Shown here piece by piece: positions 59,801 through 64,000 of a stretch of DNA of 64,000 nucleotides. The DNA lies in assembly GCA_950097015.1 (NCBI GenBank), contig CATNEN010000005.1, forward strand, positions 2,852,001-2,916,000, given 5' to 3'. Below the pieces are notes generated by a model, which saw only the letters and a list, made by a program, of their open reading frames with translations, was not told where the DNA came from and did no database searches. Both the position numbers and the translations under genes were made by a program. The DNA is from Macrostomum hystrix (lineage: Eukaryota > Animalia > Platyhelminthes). Position 1 is the first letter of the stretch. Each line of letters begins with the position of its first letter.

Positions 59801-62039
59801 GGGATCTAGATAGGCCTCGGCAACTCCCACTTTGTCCTGACCAATCAGCGGCAGGACGAGATCCTCTGGTTTTAGCAGATCTTGCAGGTGAAGAGCCGCG
59901 GCAGACTGGTCGACATGCGACAATGGGACAATAAGTGAGGATCAGACTATCGGCTGTTGTCGATAAGGGGATAATTTGAGCAACTGTCATTCGCAGTGAT
60001 AAATTTAAGGATGTAGGATTTGTAGGAAAGAGGATAATTTGCTGATCTGCGATTCCTAGGTATTTTGATAAATTTTAGGCTTTGGGATTCGCTGGTAAGG
60101 GGATTTGAGAGTCCGAGTTTCGCAGGTAAGGTGATACATTTGAGTGGGTGGGATTCACAGGGAATGGAATATATATGAGGATCGCAGATAAGCGGATAAA
60201 TTTGAGGATCACAGATTCGCAGGAACGGGGATAAATTTGAGGATCTAGGATTAGATGGAAAGCGGATAAATTTGAGGATCTGGGATTCGCAGGAAAGGTG
60301 ATAATTTGAGGATCTAGGATTATATGGAAAGCGGATAAATTTGAGGATCTGGGATTCGTAGGAAAGGGGATAATTTGAGGATCTAGGATTAGATGGAAAG
60401 CGGATAAATTTGAGGATCTGGGATTCGTAGGAAAGGGGATAATTTGAGGATCTAGGATTAGATGGAAAGCGGATAAATTTGAGGATCTGGGATTCGTAGG
60501 AAAGGGGATAATTTGAGGATCTAGGATTAGATGGAAAGCGGATAAATTTGAGGATCTAGGATTCGTAGGTAAGGGATGCATTTTATGATTTAGGATTCGT
60601 GAGATCATTCGTTATAAATTTGAGGATTTAGAATTTCTAGACTTCGAAAAAAACTCGAAAGCTTAGAACAGTCACCTGTGCAGCCTCCTTGTACATGTGC
60701 AAATCAATCAGCTTTCTTATAATTGATAGAAACTCCAAAGCGCCCGGCCGTTCAGTGAGGTTGAAAGCGTCGGCCACCAAACCAAAGAACTGCGGCGCGC
60801 CACGATAGCCCAAACAGAACGCCAACCGTTTGACCCAATCGGGCAGTTCAACACGCTGGCGCTGACGCAATTTCCAATCGATCAGCTCGCTGACGCAGAC
60901 AAACTCCTGACTATTCGGCTGGCCAAACTGTTGCTTCCTTCTGACCTGGCCTCGTCTCTGCTGCTCAGACATCGATCCGGCATCGGCTAGTCTCCAGGCG
61001 GATGTCCACGGACAGGCTACGGAATCAAAGCAGCGGCGAAGGGCTCGGCTAAATTCTGGCAGATCGTCAGCGCGAATGGCCTGAAAGCGAATAAAATTTT
61101 AATTTTATAATATTAATAATTATTGATTACACCTGCCCCAATTTTGCAAGATGTGCAGTCGACAGCACAGCCGCAGCTAATGCGCGGCGCATCTGAAGGC
61201 TGCGTACGGCTGTTCAGTCCATGGACTGGGGGGACGCCACACCCACCTTCAGTTACCCCCAGCCAATGCTGGTACCCATTGTCTTGCTAATGGACACAAA
61301 TTGTTCCAGTCCAGTCGGGAATCGAACCCCTGACCTTTAAGTCGTGAGTTCGACGCTCTAACCACTACCTACCGAACATTTCTTATTGTCCAGTACTCCA
61401 AGTAGTCCTTGTCAATTATTTGTAAAGTTTCAATAATAATAATGTCACTAAATTTGGATTGCCGCTGATACGATGAAACCGATGCTATTTTTAGAAAATA
61501 TTGGGGATTCCCTAAAGTCACGTGACTGTCCGTGAACAATATAATTCTCGCCTCTAATGATCGATTCTAAACGAGGAATTTAGCCAGGCAAAAACTGGCG
61601 ATAAACGCGCACACACTTGTCTCTCCAATTGTCTCAGCCAGTCGTCGGCCTCCATCATTCGCCTTCGACCGTCTGGCGTCGAATTGGCATCGCGTCTGGC
61701 GGATTCTTTCAGATCAGCCAGACACATCTTGGCCTGCTCCTTGGCTAAACTTGCCGCAGCTGCGGCTCCTCTGTCACCAAGTCTCTGCTGAACAACCGCC
61801 TGGGACGTCGCCGAATTGCGCGATGGTGGCAAATTGTTGGCACTCGATTCCACCTGGGCGAAACTGCGACCAAATCCGCCTCGATACTTCGGCACATAAG
61901 CTGGCAGAAAGTTGGCTGTGCCAGCGCCGCCACCAACGACAGGGCGAGAGTTATGATTGCCAGAATCTGAATCTTGACTGTCATAACAGTCATAGACATC
62001 GTCGTCGGAATCAGAGTCATTAGTTACGTAACGATTCAT
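50590..62039 (-). CDS. EXD3: EXD3 / mut-7 / Nibbler 3'-5' exonuclease (DEDDy domain plus Mut7-C), about 982 aa, 7 exons
   Basis: Exons 62039-61617, 61080-60676, 59905-59559, 59056-58864, 57983-57744, 52479-51639 and 51089-50590; all junctions GT-AG and phase-compatible (2949 nt). ExoI LGVDAEW, ExoII GIQEDL, ExoIII DWSRRPL..Q..YAALDA; N-terminal PLIGQDK..AEAY region; Mut7-C-like NCAHCG and CVNCG. Confidence 0.88.
51161..51312 (-). mobile_element. tRNA-derived SINE with an internal deletion (EXD3 intron 6)
   Basis: Similar to both ends of 61130-61373; the head is fused directly to CAGTCCATGGA. Confidence 0.75.
51411..51496 (+). mobile_element. SINE head fragment (A and B boxes)
   Basis: AGTGGTTAGAGCGTCGAAC...GGTTCGATTTCC followed by GAACAATTTGTGTCTATTAGCAAG, matching the 61-kb copy. 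Confidence 0.75.
52790..53110. repeat. About 23-bp pyrimidine-rich repeat
   Basis: Variants of TTATCTACTTCTCATTCTTTCG. Confidence 0.9.
53465..53884 (+). CDS. Single-pass membrane protein (139 aa, or the last exon of one), nested antisense in EXD3 intron 5
   Basis: Good start context AGCATGG; NQS sequon; hydrophobic LPLAVLMFLTALLGVLAFTCL followed by a Cys cluster and KK; acidic and poly-Q tail ending YHDNAGFNYYY; ATTAAA overlaps the stop. Confidence 0.65.
53940..57560. repeat. 3.6-kb 21-bp satellite in EXD3 intron 5
   Basis: Highly homogeneous unit GAACTGATTGAGAATTGACCT. Confidence 0.98.
58010..58800. repeat. 40-bp dimeric tandem repeat in EXD3 intron 4
   Basis: Unit AACCTAAACCTCATGTAGCTAACCTAAGTCATGTAGCTCT, made of two related 20-mers. 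Confidence 0.96.
59375..59535. repeat. 21-bp repeat in EXD3 intron 3
   Basis: Unit GAGAATCAAGAATCTCATCAT. Confidence 0.92.
60180..60600. repeat. 69-bp dimeric repeat in EXD3 intron 2
   Basis: Alternating 34- and 35-bp subunits that share GGATAA(A)TTTGAGGATCT. Confidence 0.9.
61120..61373 (-). mobile_element. Apparently full-length tRNA-derived SINE (about 250 bp) in EXD3 intron 1
   Basis: Minus strand: AGTGGTTAGAGCG (A-box region), GGTTCGATTCCC (B box), a body containing CAGTCCATGGACTG, and an AT-rich tail; partial copies occur elsewhere in the window. Confidence 0.8.
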
Positions 62040-63044
62040 GATTAAATAAATAGCTAAAACTCTGGAACAGATAACAGCATAACGTTACTAAAAGTAGTGA
62101 TTATTGAGTAAAAGTAATCGGTTCAATTATCTGCTGAATACTGAGAGGAATCGGTTCAGTTATCTGTCTGAATACTGAGAGGAATCGCTTCAGTTATCTG
62201 TCTGAATACCGAGAGGAATTTATTTCTTTTTCAGTGTAACTTACTGAATAAATGTAGAAGCGGAATAAAAAATGCAAGCAACAATGAAATTAATTCAGTT
62301 AGAATAAATTATATTGCGAGATAAAAAGATTGAGGCCAGACAATAAAACAGTTTGTCCAGTCTGGAACAGAGTTCTGGAACAGAGAACAGTCTTGCAATT
62401 ATTAAACATTGTTATTGTTCTAATATTGAAATGTAGTTTAGTTAGATACTTCTTTTACAATTTTCAAGTAATTTCGAATCAAGTCTTTATATTTTTTCAA
62501 GGCTGCAACATTCTCCAAAATTTTCAGCTAAGATCTGAGTGGAAATTTTCTAGATTTTTTCCACAATTTGCAGTGGAAAATTCCTAGATTTTCAACAACA
62601 CTGAAAAGTTCCTTCACATTAACAGTAACAAGAAGGTAGCAAGATATGTAGATTACCAAATCTGTAAAAAATCGGTAATACAAAGTGATACTGTAGCAAG
62701 ATTCTAAATTTGAAAGCAGACTATACCGAATATCTAGTCTGTAACAGAGTGCATCTTGCAAATCAAGCTTGTCTTTTGGATTCTAATTTGAGGACTTTTG
62801 TCAGCATTTAAGGGGTTGAACATTTCAAAATAATTTAAACGACTTACGAGACGATCATAAGGCGCACGCTCGTAAAAGCTAAAAATATATATAGCAAGAT
62901 TAAATAATTGGGACCAGACAATCAGTATTTTTTCTGTACGGAACGGAGTGAATCTTTACGTTCTATATACATTTTTTTCCGAATTTTATTAAAAATAACA
63001 CATTTTAGATTTTTTATGTCAGGGAAGTTTTAACCGATTACACG

Positions 63045-64000
63045 GAGTAAGAATTTTTCTAGATTTCTTACAGTATCATACGTGGAAATTTGTGAAATTT
63101 ATTGCAGCACCAGCTAATGGAAATTTCCTAGATTTCTTACAGCACCAGCTAATGGAAATTTCCTAGATTTCTTACAGCATCAGCTAGTGGAACTTTCCTA
63201 GATTGCTTATAGCATCAGCTAATGGAAATTTCCTAGATTTCTTACAGCATCAGCTAGTGGAACTTTCCTAGATTGCTTATAGCATCAGCTAATGGAAATT
63301 TCCTAGATTTCTTACAGCATCAGCTAGTGGAAATTTCCTAGATTTCTCGCAGCATCAGCTAATGGAAATTTCCTAGATTTCTTACAGCATCAGCTAATGG
63401 AAATTTCCTAGATTTCTTACAGCATCAGCTAGTGGAAATTTCCTATATTTCTTACAGCACAGGCAGTAAAAGAAATCTACAATTTCAAAGGAAATGTATT
63501 CGGTTTTATAAACCAAAAGATTTCAATATGCAGTAACGTAAAGTTTAAGAATTCTGTGGATTACTGAATATTTACTGCGACGATATGAAAAAATCGAGCA
63601 GTATAAACAAAATTTCAGTAACCAAAATAATTTAGCAAGAGTTGAAAATTGAGACCAGACAATATGAAATATTATATATATTGAGTCTGGAACAGAGTGC
63701 ATCTTGCCGTTTTATATACGAGTTGAAATATTTAATCTCATTTTCTAAAACTACCAACACAATTCAGATTTTTTATGGAAAACTGGAAATATCAGTAGAA
63801 GGGAAGTTATAACTGATTGCATGCACATTCACGTGGTAAGAAATTTCCTAAATTTCTTACATCAGCTAGTGGAAATTTCCTACATTTCTTATATAGCCAG
63901 CTGGTGGCTATTTCCTAGATTTCTTACAGCATCAGGTAGTGGAAATTTCCTAGATTTCTTACAGTATCAGCTAATGGAAATTTCCTAGATTTCTTTAGAG
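63045..64000. repeat. 35-bp tandem repeat with palindromic GGAAATTTCC, in two blocks
   Basis: Unit TGGAAATTTCCTAGATTTCTTACAGCATCAGCTA(A/G) at about 63110-63450 and 63835-64000, embedded in a degenerate larger duplication. Confidence 0.93.

Overview
Eukaryotic (invertebrate animal) genomic DNA with GC-rich exons, GT-AG introns and more than 25 minisatellite arrays that generate most of the long repetitive ORFs in the track. The style resembles the flatworm Macrostomum, but that cannot be confirmed from sequence alone. Supported content: (1) an intact, young Ty3/Gypsy LTR retrotransposon (3931-8997) whose LTRs carry three perfect heat-shock elements directly upstream of a TATA box; (2) a 3-exon RCC2/TD-60 gene; (3) an inverted, divergently oriented pair of genes for an 81-aa secreted prepropeptide (signal, acidic pro-region, KK, Arg/Trp-rich amphipathic 22-mer, GK amidation signal), a candidate novel antimicrobial peptide; (4) a small ORF with a PKI-like PKA pseudosubstrate motif; (5) a 3-exon zf-3CxxC (RTP-like) gene; (6) a 7-exon EXD3/mut-7/Nibbler exonuclease gene with an antisense single-pass membrane-protein ORF nested in intron 5; (7) a tRNA-derived SINE family. 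The heat-shock LTR and the peptide gene pair are the most notable observations. All family assignments come from motif recognition without database searches; repeat boundaries are approximate.
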